Virus record (IMG/VR): IMGVR_UViG_2852743531_000003
Location: 64,001-128,000 of that record
Origin: a virus
Taxonomy: Duplodnaviria; Caudoviricetes
Strand: one strand, 5' to 3'
DNA: 64,000 nucleotides
Shown: positions 1 through 10,804 of the stretch, piece after piece
How the letters are laid out: every line of letters begins with the position of its first letter
Numbering within the stretch: the stretch's first letter is position 1
Made by a program: the position numbers and the translations under genes
The notes under the pieces: generated by a model
What the model saw: the letters and a program-made list of their open reading frames with translations, nothing else
Told to the model about the DNA's origin: nothing
Database searches by the model: none

Positions 1-36
1 GAGCCGTCGGCCGCACCGCCCGAAGAACCCGTAAAT

Positions 37-3000
37 GTGGTGGACGAAACCAGTGCCGAGGCTGGCCCCGCCGGTGCCCACTTCGGTGATCAGGTCACCC
101 GGACCGTCCAGCAGCCGCAGCAGCTACCCGACTCGCCTGCGTTCCATGCGACGCATCCCAGGCAGGCGCACGACGATCAGGAGGACGAACGCGAAGAAGA
201 CAACGCCAGGGTCGGGCGCGTCGCCGCCCGCCTGGCCGTTGCCCAGCATGAACCCGATGAACGCGGCGTCGACATCCACCCTGATGAGGAACTGGAGCAG
301 CAGATCGAGGCCGACCTGCAGCAGCTCGAGCATATTGCTGGCCTCACGTTCTCCGACGAAGACACGACGGCCGGTCCGGCCGCACCAGCCGAAACAGCGG
401 CGCCAGCTGGCCCCCTGGCACCAGAAGACGCGGTCATGAAAATCGCCGACCGTCTGGCCGCGCAGGGCATGATGAGCGCCGGCGAACACCGGCGCTACCA
501 GACGCTCTCGCAGGCCTACAAAAAGATCGTTGCCCCGGATGGCAGGTCCACGCTCAGCGCCTTCGTCCAGATTCCGCCCGGGGACGTCCATATTGCCGAA
601 TCCCCCGCGATTACCGACATCCCCACGGTGCTCGACAAGACGATGCTCAGGTCGTCACTGCTCACCTTCGATCCGAAGTACATCAGGACCGTGATGCAGA
701 AGGACATCGCCGGCATGGTCCTGAACCTCCAGCACGCGGGGCTGTGTGTCACCGGCTATGACGTCGAGGATGTCGACGACGTCATGGGCGCATACCGGAT
801 CCATACCGCACGCGTGGTGCCTATCGAAGGTGCAGCTTCCACCCTTCGCTTCCGGCTGCCCGTCGTCGACGAGGACGGTACCTTCACCAGCAACGGCGTG
901 AAATACCGCATGCGCAAGCAGAAGGGGGACCTGCCCATCCGCAAGATCGCGCCGGGGCGCGTGGCGCTCACGAGCTATTACGGCAAGGTGTTCGTCTCAC
1001 GCTCGACGAAACGGGTCAACGACTATGCTACGTGGCTCACCAACGCCATCATGGCAGCCGGGCTCGATCCGCACGCCGGTCTGGTTACGCAGATGCATAC
1101 GGCGCCGGTGTTCGACAACCTCTTCGCGTGCCCACGCCTCTACAGCACGCTGGCCACGTCGTTCAGAAGTTTCCAGCTTGCTGGCTTCGAGTGGAACTTC
1201 GATCACACACGGCGCGAGACCCTCTATGGCACCGATACCCTGAGGCGCTACGAGCAACATGGTGAGCATGAAGGCGCCATCGTCTGCGGACAGTCGCTCA
1301 CCGACCCGGCCGCGCTGGCTGTCATGGACCAGCATGGCGCGCTGCGCGAAGTGCGAGAGGGCAAGGAACAGCCGCTGCCCACCTTCGAAGCGATGCTGCA
1401 GCTCGATGCCACAAAAGCGCCAGTCGATTTCGCCGAAGTGATGGTGCTCGGGCGCGCTATTCCGCTTGGTCTCGTGCTCGGCTACGAGATGGGGCTGGAG
1501 CCCCTCATGAAGCTGCTGCGCGTCACGCCGCGGCGCGTGCCCGCTGGCCAGCGTGTGAGCCTGCAGCCCGAAGAATATGCCCTGGTGTTCGCGGACGAAA
1601 CGCTCGTCTTTCCGAAGGCTAACACCTTCGCCTCGATGGTGCTCGCGGGCTTTAACGAATACCACCGCAGCATCCGCACCTTCAACGTTCACGAATTCGA
1701 CCGCCGCGGCGTCTACCTGAATGTGCTCGAGTCCGGCGGACAGTCGCAACGCTACCTGCGCGAGATCGACCTGCAGTACCAGCTCTTTGTCGACCCGATT
1801 ACGCGCGAGCTGCTCGTCGACATGAAGGAGCCCACGGACTATCAGGGACTGCTGCTGCGCGCCTGCGCGATGCTGCTCGCCGACCACCACCCCGACGAAC
1901 TCGATTCGGCCTGGATGCGCATCAAGGGCTACGAGCGCATGGCCGGTGCGGTCTATTCGGAAATCGTGCGCTCGATCCGGGTGCATCACGGCCGGCCCGG
2001 GAGAAACCGTCTGCCCATCGACCTGAATCCGTTCCAGGTCTGGAAGAACGTGACGCAGGATCCCGCCAAGCTCCAGATCTCGGAAATCAACCCGATCCAG
2101 AACATCAAGGAGATGGAAGCCGTTACCTATTCGGGTGTCGGCGGACGTGGCGCGCGCAGCATGGTCAAGCACACGCGAGCCTATCACCGCAACGACATGG
2201 GCACGATCTCCGAGGCAACGACGGACTCAAGCGATGTCGGTGTCAATACGTACACGAGTGCGGATCCCCAGTTCACGTCGCTGCGTGGCATCTCGCGCCG
2301 CTACGAGACAGGCAGGACCGGTGCCACCGCCCTTTTCTCGACGTCGGCGTTGCTTGCGCCGGCCGCCGACCGCGACGACCCCAAGCGGGTGAACTTCATC
2401 AGCATCCAGGGCAGCCACAAGATCGCCTGCCGGGGCTATCACCAGCCCGCGCTGCGCACTGGCTACGAGCAGGTGATCGCCCACCGGACCGGCGATATGT
2501 TCGCCGTGACGGCGAAAAAACCCGGCCGCGTGATCTCGGTCGGCCCCGAGGGGATGAAGGTCCAGTACGAGGACGGTGAAACCCAGGGCATCGAGCTCGG
2601 GCGGCGTTTTGGCAACGCGGCGGGTCTCGTTGTTCCCCACCAGATCAGGACGCAGATGCGCGCGGGCCAGACGTTCAGTCCTGGCGACGTAATCGCCTGG
2701 AACGAGGGTTTCTTCGAGCCAGACATCCTCAACCCCGCGAACGTCGTCATGAAAACCGGCGTCTCCATCAAGACGGTTTTCATGGAGAACCCGATGACGC
2801 TGGAAGACTCATCCGTCATCTCGAAGGAAACCGCGGCGCTCCTGATGACGAAGCAGACCCGGGTAAGAACCATCGTCATCAATTTCGACCAGGAGGTCCA
2901 CAAGCTGCGCAAGGTGGGAGACGAGGTTGGGTCCGACGATATTTTATGCGTCATTGAAGACGCTGTAACGGCTGGCAATCGCCTTTTTGATGAGGCATCG

Positions 3001-3498
3001 CTCGACACGCTACGCGTGCTGAGTGCGCAGACACCCCAGGCCAAGGCAAAGGGCGTCATTGAGCGCGTGGATGTGTTCTATCACGGTGAGGTCGAGGACA
3101 TGTCGCCGACGCTCGCGAAGATCGTGGCGACAACGGACGCGCAGATGATTCGCCGCGCGCGTGCAACCGGAAGGAAGGCCTTCACGGGAAGCGTTGACGA
3201 GGCGTTCCGGGTCGAGGGCAATCCGCTACAGCTAGACACAGCCGCGATCCAGATCTATATCACCTCGGATGTGCCGGCGGGCGTGGGCGACAAGGGCGTG
3301 TTCGGCAACCAGCTCAAGACCGTCTTCGGCGAGGTGATGGAGCGCGACATGTTCACCGAATCGGGTGTGAAGATCGGCGCCGTGTTTGGCGCCAAGTCGG
3401 TGGCCGACCGGATCGTCTCCTCACCCGAGCTCATTGGGACCACCACCACGGTACTCGACGTGATCGCGATGGCAGCGGTCGACCTGTATAGATCGTGA
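37..3498 (+). CDS. Virion RNA polymerase beta-like subunit (phiKZ gp178-like); true start probably upstream of the window
   Basis: >=1153 aa; beta-like motifs GTFTSNG, DRDDPKRVNF, LEDSSVIS and GDKGVFGNQLKT; frame is open to position 1; acidic N-terminal region. Confidence 0.88.
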   Translation: MVDETSAEAGPAGAHFGDQVTRTVQQPQQLPDSPAFHATHPRQAHDDQEDEREEDNARVGRVAARLAVAQHEPDERGVDIHPDEELEQQIEADLQQLEHIAGLTFSDEDTTAGPAAPAETAAPAGPLAPEDAVMKIADRLAAQGMMSAGEHRRYQTLSQAYKKIVAPDGRSTLSAFVQIPPGDVHIAESPAITDIPTVLDKTMLRSSLLTFDPKYIRTVMQKDIAGMVLNLQHAGLCVTGYDVEDVDDVMGAYRIHTARVVPIEGAASTLRFRLPVVDEDGTFTSNGVKYRMRKQKGDLPIRKIAPGRVALTSYYGKVFVSRSTKRVNDYATWLTNAIMAAGLDPHAGLVTQMHTAPVFDNLFACPRLYSTLATSFRSFQLAGFEWNFDHTRRETLYGTDTLRRYEQHGEHEGAIVCGQSLTDPAALAVMDQHGALREVREGKEQPLPTFEAMLQLDATKAPVDFAEVMVLGRAIPLGLVLGYEMGLEPLMKLLRVTPRRVPAGQRVSLQPEEYALVFADETLVFPKANTFASMVLAGFNEYHRSIRTFNVHEFDRRGVYLNVLESGGQSQRYLREIDLQYQLFVDPITRELLVDMKEPTDYQGLLLRACAMLLADHHPDELDSAWMRIKGYERMAGAVYSEIVRSIRVHHGRPGRNRLPIDLNPFQVWKNVTQDPAKLQISEINPIQNIKEMEAVTYSGVGGRGARSMVKHTRAYHRNDMGTISEATTDSSDVGVNTYTSADPQFTSLRGISRRYETGRTGATALFSTSALLAPAADRDDPKRVNFISIQGSHKIACRGYHQPALRTGYEQVIAHRTGDMFAVTAKKPGRVISVGPEGMKVQYEDGETQGIELGRRFGNAAGLVVPHQIRTQMRAGQTFSPGDVIAWNEGFFEPDILNPANVVMKTGVSIKTVFMENPMTLEDSSVISKETAALLMTKQTRVRTIVINFDQEVHKLRKVGDEVGSDDILCVIEDAVTAGNRLFDEASLDTLRVLSAQTPQAKAKGVIERVDVFYHGEVEDMSPTLAKIVATTDAQMIRRARATGRKAFTGSVDEAFRVEGNPLQLDTAAIQIYITSDVPAGVGDKGVFGNQLKTVFGEVMERDMFTESGVKIGAVFGAKSVADRIVSSPELIGTTTTVLDVIAMAAVDLYRS

Positions 3499-3517
3499 TG
3501 TCCCGGAGGGATGGACC

Positions 3518-3706
3518 ATGAAATCGCGGGAATCGGAAAAGACGCTCGTCACGCTCGCCAATGCCACGACGCTCGTGCGCTGCATCGTCCAGGGCGTAGT
3601 GGGCAACGATCTGGCCGACACCTTCGCCGGCGCGCCGCTGACGAACGACGTCATCGACCAGCTGGCCCAGGCCCGCTTTCAGGCGGCCGTTCAGCAATAC
3701 CTGTAG
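3518..3706 (+). CDS. Small hypothetical phage protein
   Basis: 62 aa ORF filling the gap between two co-oriented phage genes; GC3-rich codons. Confidence 0.65.
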   Translation: MKSRESEKTLVTLANATTLVRCIVQGVVGNDLADTFAGAPLTNDVIDQLAQARFQAAVQQYL

Positions 3707-3721
3707 AAGGGTCTCGCCATC

Positions 3722-5158
3722 ATGCTCAATGAACGCACCCTGCTCGCATCGCTCGCGCTGACCGAGCGGCTGGACGCGGCCGGCTTCGCTCTCCACCCGG
3801 TCGCGGGCACACCGCTCGCCGCCATGTGCGCGGCGACCACCTACGATACGGGACTCGCCCAGGTGCCGGACGGCAATTTCCAGACATATGCCACCCAGCT
3901 TGCGCAGAGAACCAGTCAGATCGATCCGCTCATGGACTGCTCCGAGCACGACGCGGTGCTCGATTCGATTGCGAACACCGCGATCGACGCAGTCAGGCGT
4001 CACGTCGCCTTTGCGCGCTCGGTCGTCGCACCCACAATCCAGAATCTCTACGAGCGCGTCAGGAACTCCGTCGAGAACCTGAGCGTCTCCTCCCTGCTCG
4101 GTCTTGAGGTGGAAGTCTGGCGCGAGCCAAAACCGGTGTTCAATACAGCGCTGCAAAGCGAGCTGCGCAAACTCGAAGACATCGCGCTCGATGATCCTCC
4201 CCTTTCCATGCGCATGCCCGACCTCACGATTGCGGAACTGATGGAGCTCATCAAGACCGGCAATGGCGGGCTTGACGCGGATATTGCCGAATGGGTCGCG
4301 ACCATTGGTGACGAGTTCTTCATGCAGGTCTGGCGCGACTTCTTCCAGCAGCACATGCCCGAAGATGGCGAGCGCAATCGCACCTTCACCGAGCGGGTGA
4401 CCGATCGTTTTACCGGCATGCCCGTCGCGCTCGCTGTCTACCTCCTTGCCCGCAAGCTACTCGACGAGAAGCCGCCTGAAGGTGTAGAGATGCCGCTGGC
4501 CAATTATCGTGCGCAGCTCGCCGGGTTCCGCAACCAGGCCGGCGGGGCGCTCACACGTGCGCTCGAGCGCATCGAGCGCGCGCTGAAAAATGGCCTTCTT
4601 GTCCGCGAGATCGCGGGCAGCAAGACCGTCGTCTACGAACCGGTCTACCGCGACTATCTGGAAAAAGGCGGCAGCAACGAAATGCTTTTCGCCAACGCCC
4701 TCTCGCGCCCTTTCATGATGTCCACCACCGATCTGCTCGAACACAAGAATGCACTCGCGAGCCGCTGGGCTACCCACAGCGCGCTGATCAGCACGGCAGA
4801 GTCCAACCAGCGTTACAACAAGGTCATCGAACTGCTGGAGCTGCATTTCCGTTCACAACTGAACGAAGCGACCGAAGGCGAAGACACCACGGCGCAGAAC
4901 CGCGACACGGTGCTCAAGCTTTTTCGCGACTGCCTGAAGCACGTCACGGAGAGCGATCTGAACGACCTGTACGCCGTATGCCTGAAGCTCGTGTGCCGGG
5001 CGAGGTTCTACACCACCGACGCCGAGCGCATCCTGACCGGCATGGAGCTTGCGAGGGCGCGCAATCCCTCACTCTCGCCGCGCGAAGCCGCCACGGCCAG
5101 TATCGTCGACTACATCGCCTGGTGGGTCGCCACGCAGATGCGGCTTGCGAGCTGTTAG
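3722..5158 (+). CDS. Conserved phiKZ-like protein (gp177-like by position)
   Basis: 478 aa, same codon bias as core genes, follows the vRNAP gene. Confidence 0.7.
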   Translation: MLNERTLLASLALTERLDAAGFALHPVAGTPLAAMCAATTYDTGLAQVPDGNFQTYATQLAQRTSQIDPLMDCSEHDAVLDSIANTAIDAVRRHVAFARSVVAPTIQNLYERVRNSVENLSVSSLLGLEVEVWREPKPVFNTALQSELRKLEDIALDDPPLSMRMPDLTIAELMELIKTGNGGLDADIAEWVATIGDEFFMQVWRDFFQQHMPEDGERNRTFTERVTDRFTGMPVALAVYLLARKLLDEKPPEGVEMPLANYRAQLAGFRNQAGGALTRALERIERALKNGLLVREIAGSKTVVYEPVYRDYLEKGGSNEMLFANALSRPFMMSTTDLLEHKNALASRWATHSALISTAESNQRYNKVIELLELHFRSQLNEATEGEDTTAQNRDTVLKLFRDCLKHVTESDLNDLYAVCLKLVCRARFYTTDAERILTGMELARARNPSLSPREAATASIVDYIAWWVATQMRLASC

Positions 5159-5463
5159 CTCCGGAGCCGGTTACACGCATTTTCAGGCCGATCGCGACTT
5201 CGGCTATTACGCGCAGCTAACCGCCGAAAAGATCACGATTAAGGACTTCGCCGGGCATCAGTTCTGGGAGGGAGGTGGGAATTGCCGCTCGGCCCTGCCA
5301 ACGAGGCGCTGGATTACCGTGTGCATCGCTACGTAGCCCGGTGCGGAACTGCATTATCGTTTGCGGCTCACCGTCTACACCGAACGTGCGGCGCCTCCCT
5401 ATGTTGAGGCGGTTGCAGGTTCGCAGCTAGCAGCGCCCCACGCTCACTTGTATTGCTGTTCGC

Positions 5464-5919
5464 TTAATTGTTTGGCAAGACTATCCACGTCAATCCGCCT
5501 TCCTGCGATTCGACAATTTTCGCGTTGTAGTTTGGAGTGATCACACGTGGGCGAGATTTGACGATGTCAGCAACTTTCCTGACTATCGGTTCATCCGCTT
5601 CGGACCAATCTAGTGCTGCGATGTCAGTGCCACTACCGGACAAAACAACCCGCTTCTCGCACTTGTACACTGCTGTAGGGATTCCTTCTGGAGCGCACTC
5701 GAGCAATATCACGCGCTCCGCATTGCGCAGTTCATCTAGGGTAGCTTTCCGTACAAGTACGCTGTAATCAAACGGGACGCCGTTGACGTCCAACGTGCAA
5801 ACAAATTTTGCGTCTCCTTCTATCCTGGTTGGATTTACCTCAATTAGCCAGCGGCCACAATCTGATTGAAGAAATGCCGCCAGTATCTCGTCCGCGTTAC
5901 TTTGTTTCACCTTTACCAC
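5464..5919 (-). CDS. Hypothetical protein, lower-GC insertion
   Basis: 151 aa, GTG start preceded by AGGAGG; AT-richer than flanks; opposite strand to the phage operon. Confidence 0.7.
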   Translation of the reverse strand: MVKVKQSNADEILAAFLQSDCGRWLIEVNPTRIEGDAKFVCTLDVNGVPFDYSVLVRKATLDELRNAERVILLECAPEGIPTAVYKCEKRVVLSGSGTDIAALDWSEADEPIVRKVADIVKSRPRVITPNYNAKIVESQEGGLTWIVLPNN

Positions 5920-6209
5920 ACTAGCCTCCTAATCTCAGCAGCAAACACTCGTGGCCGATAGAACTACCGGCGTGACTTTAGCATCCCCGGCCCAGTAACA
6001 CCGTGTTGTCCCTCCTTCTCGATATTGGACGGGATAACCCGAGCTCAACTGGAGGCCTCCCGCGCGGCGGTGCAAGCAAGTGTGTATCCGGGTCGGCATC
6101 AGTCCATCAACCCGCGAAATTCCTGTATTGCAGCGCAACTGCGGCAGCTGACATCAAACCGGAATGCAGACTCACTCTTTTTATATCGCGACAGCTCGCA
6201 GAGGGTGCG

Positions 6210-6935
6210 ATGGACCCGAAACACCTGGTACGCGACCCCGAGCGGGTCAGGAACGCCCTCGTGGAAACACCGGACGGCAAACTGGTGGCCCGGGATACCG
6301 TCAGGATCTACATCCCGGCCCGATTTGCGGAGCGGGGACTCGCCGAGGTTGGTATTGAAACATTCATCTACGGCGTCTATGCCATCACGGTCGAAGACAG
6401 CTACTACGGCGTCTCGCTCGTGAACGCCATGATCCGCATCGAGCCGACTTCCATGATGAAGATGCTCATCGGTGAGGACGAATACTACGAGTTTGAATTT
6501 GAGAAAGGCGCGGTCATCACGCCCTCGCTGAACCTGGTCAAGAACGATGCACTCGTCTACCGGATTTTCAACGAGATGCTCGCCGGTGCCCATGTGCCCT
6601 GGTACATCGGCTATAACGAAATGGCGTGCCTGCTCGACAGCGCGAAGTATCACGCCGGCGCCAATGTCGGTCGAAACCACGACATCACGGAGCTGCTTGT
6701 GTCGATCGTCTCGCGCAATCCGCACGATCGCCACGAGTTCTATCGTACGGTGGTGAAGGGGCAGCACGACCTGCTAGCCAACCCACCCGTTTTCATCCCC
6801 CTGCGTTCGATTGAATTCGCGGCCACCAGTGCGCTGAACAAGGTCGCGGGCAGCTATTTCAGCCGCGGCGTCGTCAGCGCGCTCGTGAGTCCCAGTACAC
6901 GCGTCGAGCGGCTCAATGACATTCTCGCCCGATAG
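6210..6935 (+). CDS. Conserved phiKZ-like protein (gp176-like by position)
   Basis: 241 aa from ATG 6210 (GAGGG RBS); lies between the gp177-like gene and the protease gene once cargo is ignored. Confidence 0.7.
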   Translation: MDPKHLVRDPERVRNALVETPDGKLVARDTVRIYIPARFAERGLAEVGIETFIYGVYAITVEDSYYGVSLVNAMIRIEPTSMMKMLIGEDEYYEFEFEKGAVITPSLNLVKNDALVYRIFNEMLAGAHVPWYIGYNEMACLLDSAKYHAGANVGRNHDITELLVSIVSRNPHDRHEFYRTVVKGQHDLLANPPVFIPLRSIEFAATSALNKVAGSYFSRGVVSALVSPSTRVERLNDILAR

Positions 6936-6940
6936 CCGCC

Positions 6941-7618
6941 TTATGCTTCCAGGGTTGCTCGTGTGAAAGCTTCCACGTTGTCGATCAGTTGATCCAGCCC
7001 AGCGCGCGAGGCCTCGATGTCGCCTGTGCTGATGGCGGACGCAATCACGGCATGCAGACGCGCGGTCTCCCCGAGATTCGCAAAGCGCTCGTAATGCGCG
7101 TACCAGAAGCGCCGCGAGAGCCCCTGCATCAGCTTCATCGTCGACGTCGCGTATTCGTTGTTGCCGCTTTCAAGCAGCATCCTGTTGAACTGGCGATCCA
7201 GCGACAAAAACTCCGTGCCGTTGTTGGACTTTCCCGCCGCCGCCATCAGATCGGCGATCAGTGCGAACCGGGCTTTCTGCGAAGGTGTTGCGTTTCTTGC
7301 CGCAGCGCCGACGAGCAGTCGCTCGACTTCACGGCGTACCTCAAGCAATCGCAACTGCTTGCGAACGTCGAGCTCGGAAACCATGATGCCGAGCTTTGGC
7401 ATGATCACGACCAGCCCTTCGCGCGATAACTGCTGCAGGGCTTCACGAACGGGTGTGCGACCCAAACCCAGGAGTTTGGACAGACTGTTCTCCGACACAA
7501 TCTGTCCAGGCCGCAAGGCGAGCGTGGCAATCCGCTCCTCGATCTGGGCATATGCCTGATCGGCAAGACTCTGCTCTTCCAGTGAATCGGGAGAAGGCAG
7601 CGGATTGGGTCCATTCAT
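6941..7618 (-). CDS. GntR/FadR-family transcriptional regulator (wHTH + FCD)
   Basis: LRPGQIVSENSLSKLLGLGRTPVREALQQL wHTH motif; FCD-like C-terminus. Confidence 0.93.
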   Translation of the reverse strand: MNGPNPLPSPDSLEEQSLADQAYAQIEERIATLALRPGQIVSENSLSKLLGLGRTPVREALQQLSREGLVVIMPKLGIMVSELDVRKQLRLLEVRREVERLLVGAAARNATPSQKARFALIADLMAAAGKSNNGTEFLSLDRQFNRMLLESGNNEYATSTMKLMQGLSRRFWYAHYERFANLGETARLHAVIASAISTGDIEASRAGLDQLIDNVEAFTRATLEA

Positions 7619-7634
7619 AGCTACATCCAGTAAG

Positions 7635-9332
7635 TTATCGGCGGCTGCCGGGCACCTCGCGCTCCCCCAGCACCGCGCCCTTTGAAAGCGGTTGTACCAG
7701 TTGCCGGTACATGGCAAGCCAGCCCTTTTCCTGGGTCGGCGGCAGCGGCGGCAGTGCAGCCATTCTTTCCCTGAGCACGGCGTCCGACAGTTCGAGGTCA
7801 ATCGTCTTGCGGTTCAGGTCGATCACAATCGTATCGCCGTTCTGTATTGCGGCAAGCGGGCCACCTTCGGCCGCCTCTGGCATCACCTGCCCGATCGTGA
7901 TGCCGCTGTTCAGGCCGGAGAGTTCACCATCGGTCACGACCGCAACGGACTCGCCCAGTCCCGCGCCCACGAGCGCTGCCATGAAACTCGCGGCAAATAC
8001 GGTGCCGGGTCCCCCCTTCGGGCCAAGCATACGCAGTACCACGACTGAACCGCGCTCGATTTTACCCTGCTCGATCGCATTAATCGCATCGTTCTCGTTT
8101 TCGTACACGGCCGCCGGGCCGATGAAACGCCGCACGCTCGCGGGCACCGCGGACAGCTTGACGATCGCCCCGTCGGGGGCCACATTGCCGCGAATGATGA
8201 CGAGGCCGGGCTCCGGGCGCATCGGTTGCGCCAGCGGCGCAATCACGCGTTCGTCCGGCGCGGGCTGCCCGGCCAGATTGTCGGCGAGGGTCCTTCCCGT
8301 CACGGTCAGCACCGACGTATCGAGCACGCTCGCAAGCTGCTTCATCGCACCCGCGCAGCCGCCGGCGGCCGCGAAGTCCTCGATGCGGTCCGGCCCGTTC
8401 GGGCGCACCTTCGTGATCTGCGGGACCAGGTGCGCGGCGAGTTCGAATTCGCGGATGATGTCGACATCGCACTCCGACTCGATCGCCGCGGCGATCAGGT
8501 GACGCATCACATTGACCGACGCGCCGATCGCCACTGCCACTCGCACCGCGTTGCGGAACGCGGCCGCCGTCATGATCTGCCGGGGCCGAAGATCCTGTTC
8601 GACCAGGGCCATGATCGCCTTGCCGGCGCTCGCAGCATACCCGTTGAGCTCGTCGCTGCCCGCGCGGATGGGCGCATTGCCGGTCAGCGCCATACCCAGT
8701 GCCTCGGCCATGCAGTGCATCGAGTTTGCCGTCGCGAGTCCCGCGCATACCCCCGGCCCCTTGATCGCATGACAGGTCATGTCGGTCAGTTTCTCGAGCG
8801 TGATCGTACGGGCCTTGTATGCGCCCACCGATTTATAGACTTCCTCGATATCAACGTGGTGGTCGCCGCACTGCGAGCCCAGCTGGAAGCCGCACGTCAC
8901 GATCAGCGACGGTACGTTGAGCCGGCCGGCCGCCATCAGCTGTGCCGGCGTGGTCTTGTCGCACGACGCAAGCAGCACCATGCCGTCGAGCTCGGCACCT
9001 TCAACCTGCACCTCGACGTCGTTGACGAGCAGATCGCGGGTCGGCATCAGGTAGCGGCCCTGCTTGCCCGCGCTGGTCACGAAATCGGACGGGGCAACCG
9101 TGCGGATTTCAAGCGGCACGCCGCCTGCGGCACGCACGGCGTCCTGCACGACCTGGGACACGCCGTCGAGATGCTGATAGCAGACCGACAGCTTGCTCGA
9201 CGAGTTCACGATCGCGATCTTCGGCTTTTCGAAATCCTCTTCGGACAGACCCATCGCGAGCCATTGCGCACGGCGCACGGCCCAGCGCGTGGTTCCAGGC
9301 GTAAAGCTGCTGCGGAGTTTCGGCTTGTTCAT
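7635..9332 (-). CDS. IlvD/Edd-family dihydroxy-acid or sugar-acid dehydratase
   Basis: 565 aa; SCDKTTPA, GPGVCAGLATANSM, GNVAPDGAIVK, GPKGGPG and PEAAEGGP family motifs. Confidence 0.93.
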   Translation of the reverse strand: MNKPKLRSSFTPGTTRWAVRRAQWLAMGLSEEDFEKPKIAIVNSSSKLSVCYQHLDGVSQVVQDAVRAAGGVPLEIRTVAPSDFVTSAGKQGRYLMPTRDLLVNDVEVQVEGAELDGMVLLASCDKTTPAQLMAAGRLNVPSLIVTCGFQLGSQCGDHHVDIEEVYKSVGAYKARTITLEKLTDMTCHAIKGPGVCAGLATANSMHCMAEALGMALTGNAPIRAGSDELNGYAASAGKAIMALVEQDLRPRQIMTAAAFRNAVRVAVAIGASVNVMRHLIAAAIESECDVDIIREFELAAHLVPQITKVRPNGPDRIEDFAAAGGCAGAMKQLASVLDTSVLTVTGRTLADNLAGQPAPDERVIAPLAQPMRPEPGLVIIRGNVAPDGAIVKLSAVPASVRRFIGPAAVYENENDAINAIEQGKIERGSVVVLRMLGPKGGPGTVFAASFMAALVGAGLGESVAVVTDGELSGLNSGITIGQVMPEAAEGGPLAAIQNGDTIVIDLNRKTIDLELSDAVLRERMAALPPLPPTQEKGWLAMYRQLVQPLSKGAVLGEREVPGSRR

Positions 9333-9341
9333 TGATGTTCC

Positions 9342-10691
9342 TCAGTTGGTAAGTTGTGCACCATCGCGATTCAGGAGCACGCGAACGTCGGCTCCATCGA
9401 GCCGACGCACGTCGATATGTTCGTTCACTGCAAGCGCCGCGGCGTGTCCTATTGCGTGCCCATACGAGAAGCACTGCGCGGTCACGCGCGCCGACGCGAC
9501 GGCTTCGTGCTCAGCCGACAGGCAGCGCCCGGCCACCAGCAGGTTCGTCCCGGACTCGGGTACGAAGCAGCCGAACGGAACCTCGTAGTAGTCGTTGAGC
9601 AGCCACTCGACACGCGGCTTGCTGCCGCTGTGCAGCTCGATCGGCCACGGCGAGCGCGCGATGCCATCACGAAATTTCGTGCCTGCGAGAATGTCCACAT
9701 TGCGCAGCGTGCTGACACCGGCCACCTGACGTGTCTGCCGCACGCCGACCTGCACGCCGGTATCGATGACGAAGCTCGCTTCGCAGCCGGTCAGATAATC
9801 CCGGAAGAAACGCGCGTATTCGCGGACCTGCAGACGGCCCTCGAATTCGGCCTCGGTAAAGTCGCGATGGATCACCGGATTCAGTTCGCGCCCATCGGCG
9901 CCCGTCACGCGCGTGCAGTTGCACAGCAGCTCGCCGGGCTGCGGCGTCGGAAAGAGCCAGATCTTGCCGCGCGGCAACCGGTAGCCCCGTGTGTTGGCTT
10001 GCGCGATCTGCTCCGAGACAGACGGCGGCATGATCGTGTCTGCGCCATACGCCTGAAGGAAACGGGCCACATCGACGCCGCCCAGCCGGAAGATCATCGT
10101 CGGGTTCTGCACGCGGCCGTTGTCGCCAATGGTCGTGCCGAGACCCGCCATGGACACGAGATCCGCATCGCCGCTGGCATCGATCGTCAGCGGCGTAAGC
10201 ACGCGCACCTTGCCCTGCCCGGTATGGAGCTGCGCGCCGCGGATTGCATCGCCCTCCTTCAGCACATCGGTTACCGTCGCGTGATAGATAACCGTCACGC
10301 CGGCATCGCGCAGCATCGCGTCAGCGACCTCCCGCCACACCAGCGGGTCGTGCACAAGCGTCCACGTCTTGCCGTATTTGACCGGCGCGCCAAGTCCGTT
10401 GCGCGCCCTCATCCGCGCGATGAAGTCATCGACGAAGCCGTGTACGACCTGCGTCGGGCCCGCCCCTGATTCCGTTGCCTCGTACAGTCCGCACACCGTG
10501 CCTGATAGGCCGGCGACGGCCCCACCACCGCAGAAGCCGTAGCGCTCTGCGAGCACAACGCGCAAGCCGTTTTTCGCGGCGGTAACTGCGGCCGCAAGCC
10601 CGGCGGCGCCACCGCCCGCGACAAACAGGTCGGCGTCAATTGTCTCCCTCACGCGGTCGTCGACGACCGCCATACCCATGAACTCGCTCAT
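9342..10691 (-). CDS. FAD-dependent oxidoreductase
   Basis: GGGAAGLAAA Rossmann motif, IDASGDADL, NLLVAGRCLS; GGAGGAG RBS before ATG 10691. Confidence 0.9.
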   Translation of the reverse strand: MSEFMGMAVVDDRVRETIDADLFVAGGGAAGLAAAVTAAKNGLRVVLAERYGFCGGGAVAGLSGTVCGLYEATESGAGPTQVVHGFVDDFIARMRARNGLGAPVKYGKTWTLVHDPLVWREVADAMLRDAGVTVIYHATVTDVLKEGDAIRGAQLHTGQGKVRVLTPLTIDASGDADLVSMAGLGTTIGDNGRVQNPTMIFRLGGVDVARFLQAYGADTIMPPSVSEQIAQANTRGYRLPRGKIWLFPTPQPGELLCNCTRVTGADGRELNPVIHRDFTEAEFEGRLQVREYARFFRDYLTGCEASFVIDTGVQVGVRQTRQVAGVSTLRNVDILAGTKFRDGIARSPWPIELHSGSKPRVEWLLNDYYEVPFGCFVPESGTNLLVAGRCLSAEHEAVASARVTAQCFSYGHAIGHAAALAVNEHIDVRRLDGADVRVLLNRDGAQLTN

Positions 10692-10714
10692 CTCTCCTCC
10701 ATCACAATCCATGG

Positions 10715-10749
10715 TTGACACTTTAGATATGGTGGCGATACTCTGTCAA
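10715..10749. promoter_or_regulatory. Overlapping divergent sigma70-type promoters
   Basis: + strand TTGACA(10715-20)-16 nt-GATACT; - strand TTGACA(10749-44)-18 nt-TAAAGT; lies between the divergent oxidoreductase and MFS genes. Confidence 0.6.
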
Positions 10750-10804
10750 CATGGTACTAACATATTAGCCAGATACAAGGCTTCACCACCTACAGGAGAC
10801 AGGT

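Noticed and set aside
6182-6189. TATATCGC as a further early promoter
   Set aside because: It has a core mismatch, lacks the TGA flank and precedes a gene in a presumed late block.
7635-9332. Assigning the symbol ilvD (branched-chain amino acid biosynthesis)
   Set aside because: The context (GntR, MFS, oxidoreductase) and divergent motif suggest a catabolic paralog of unknown substrate.
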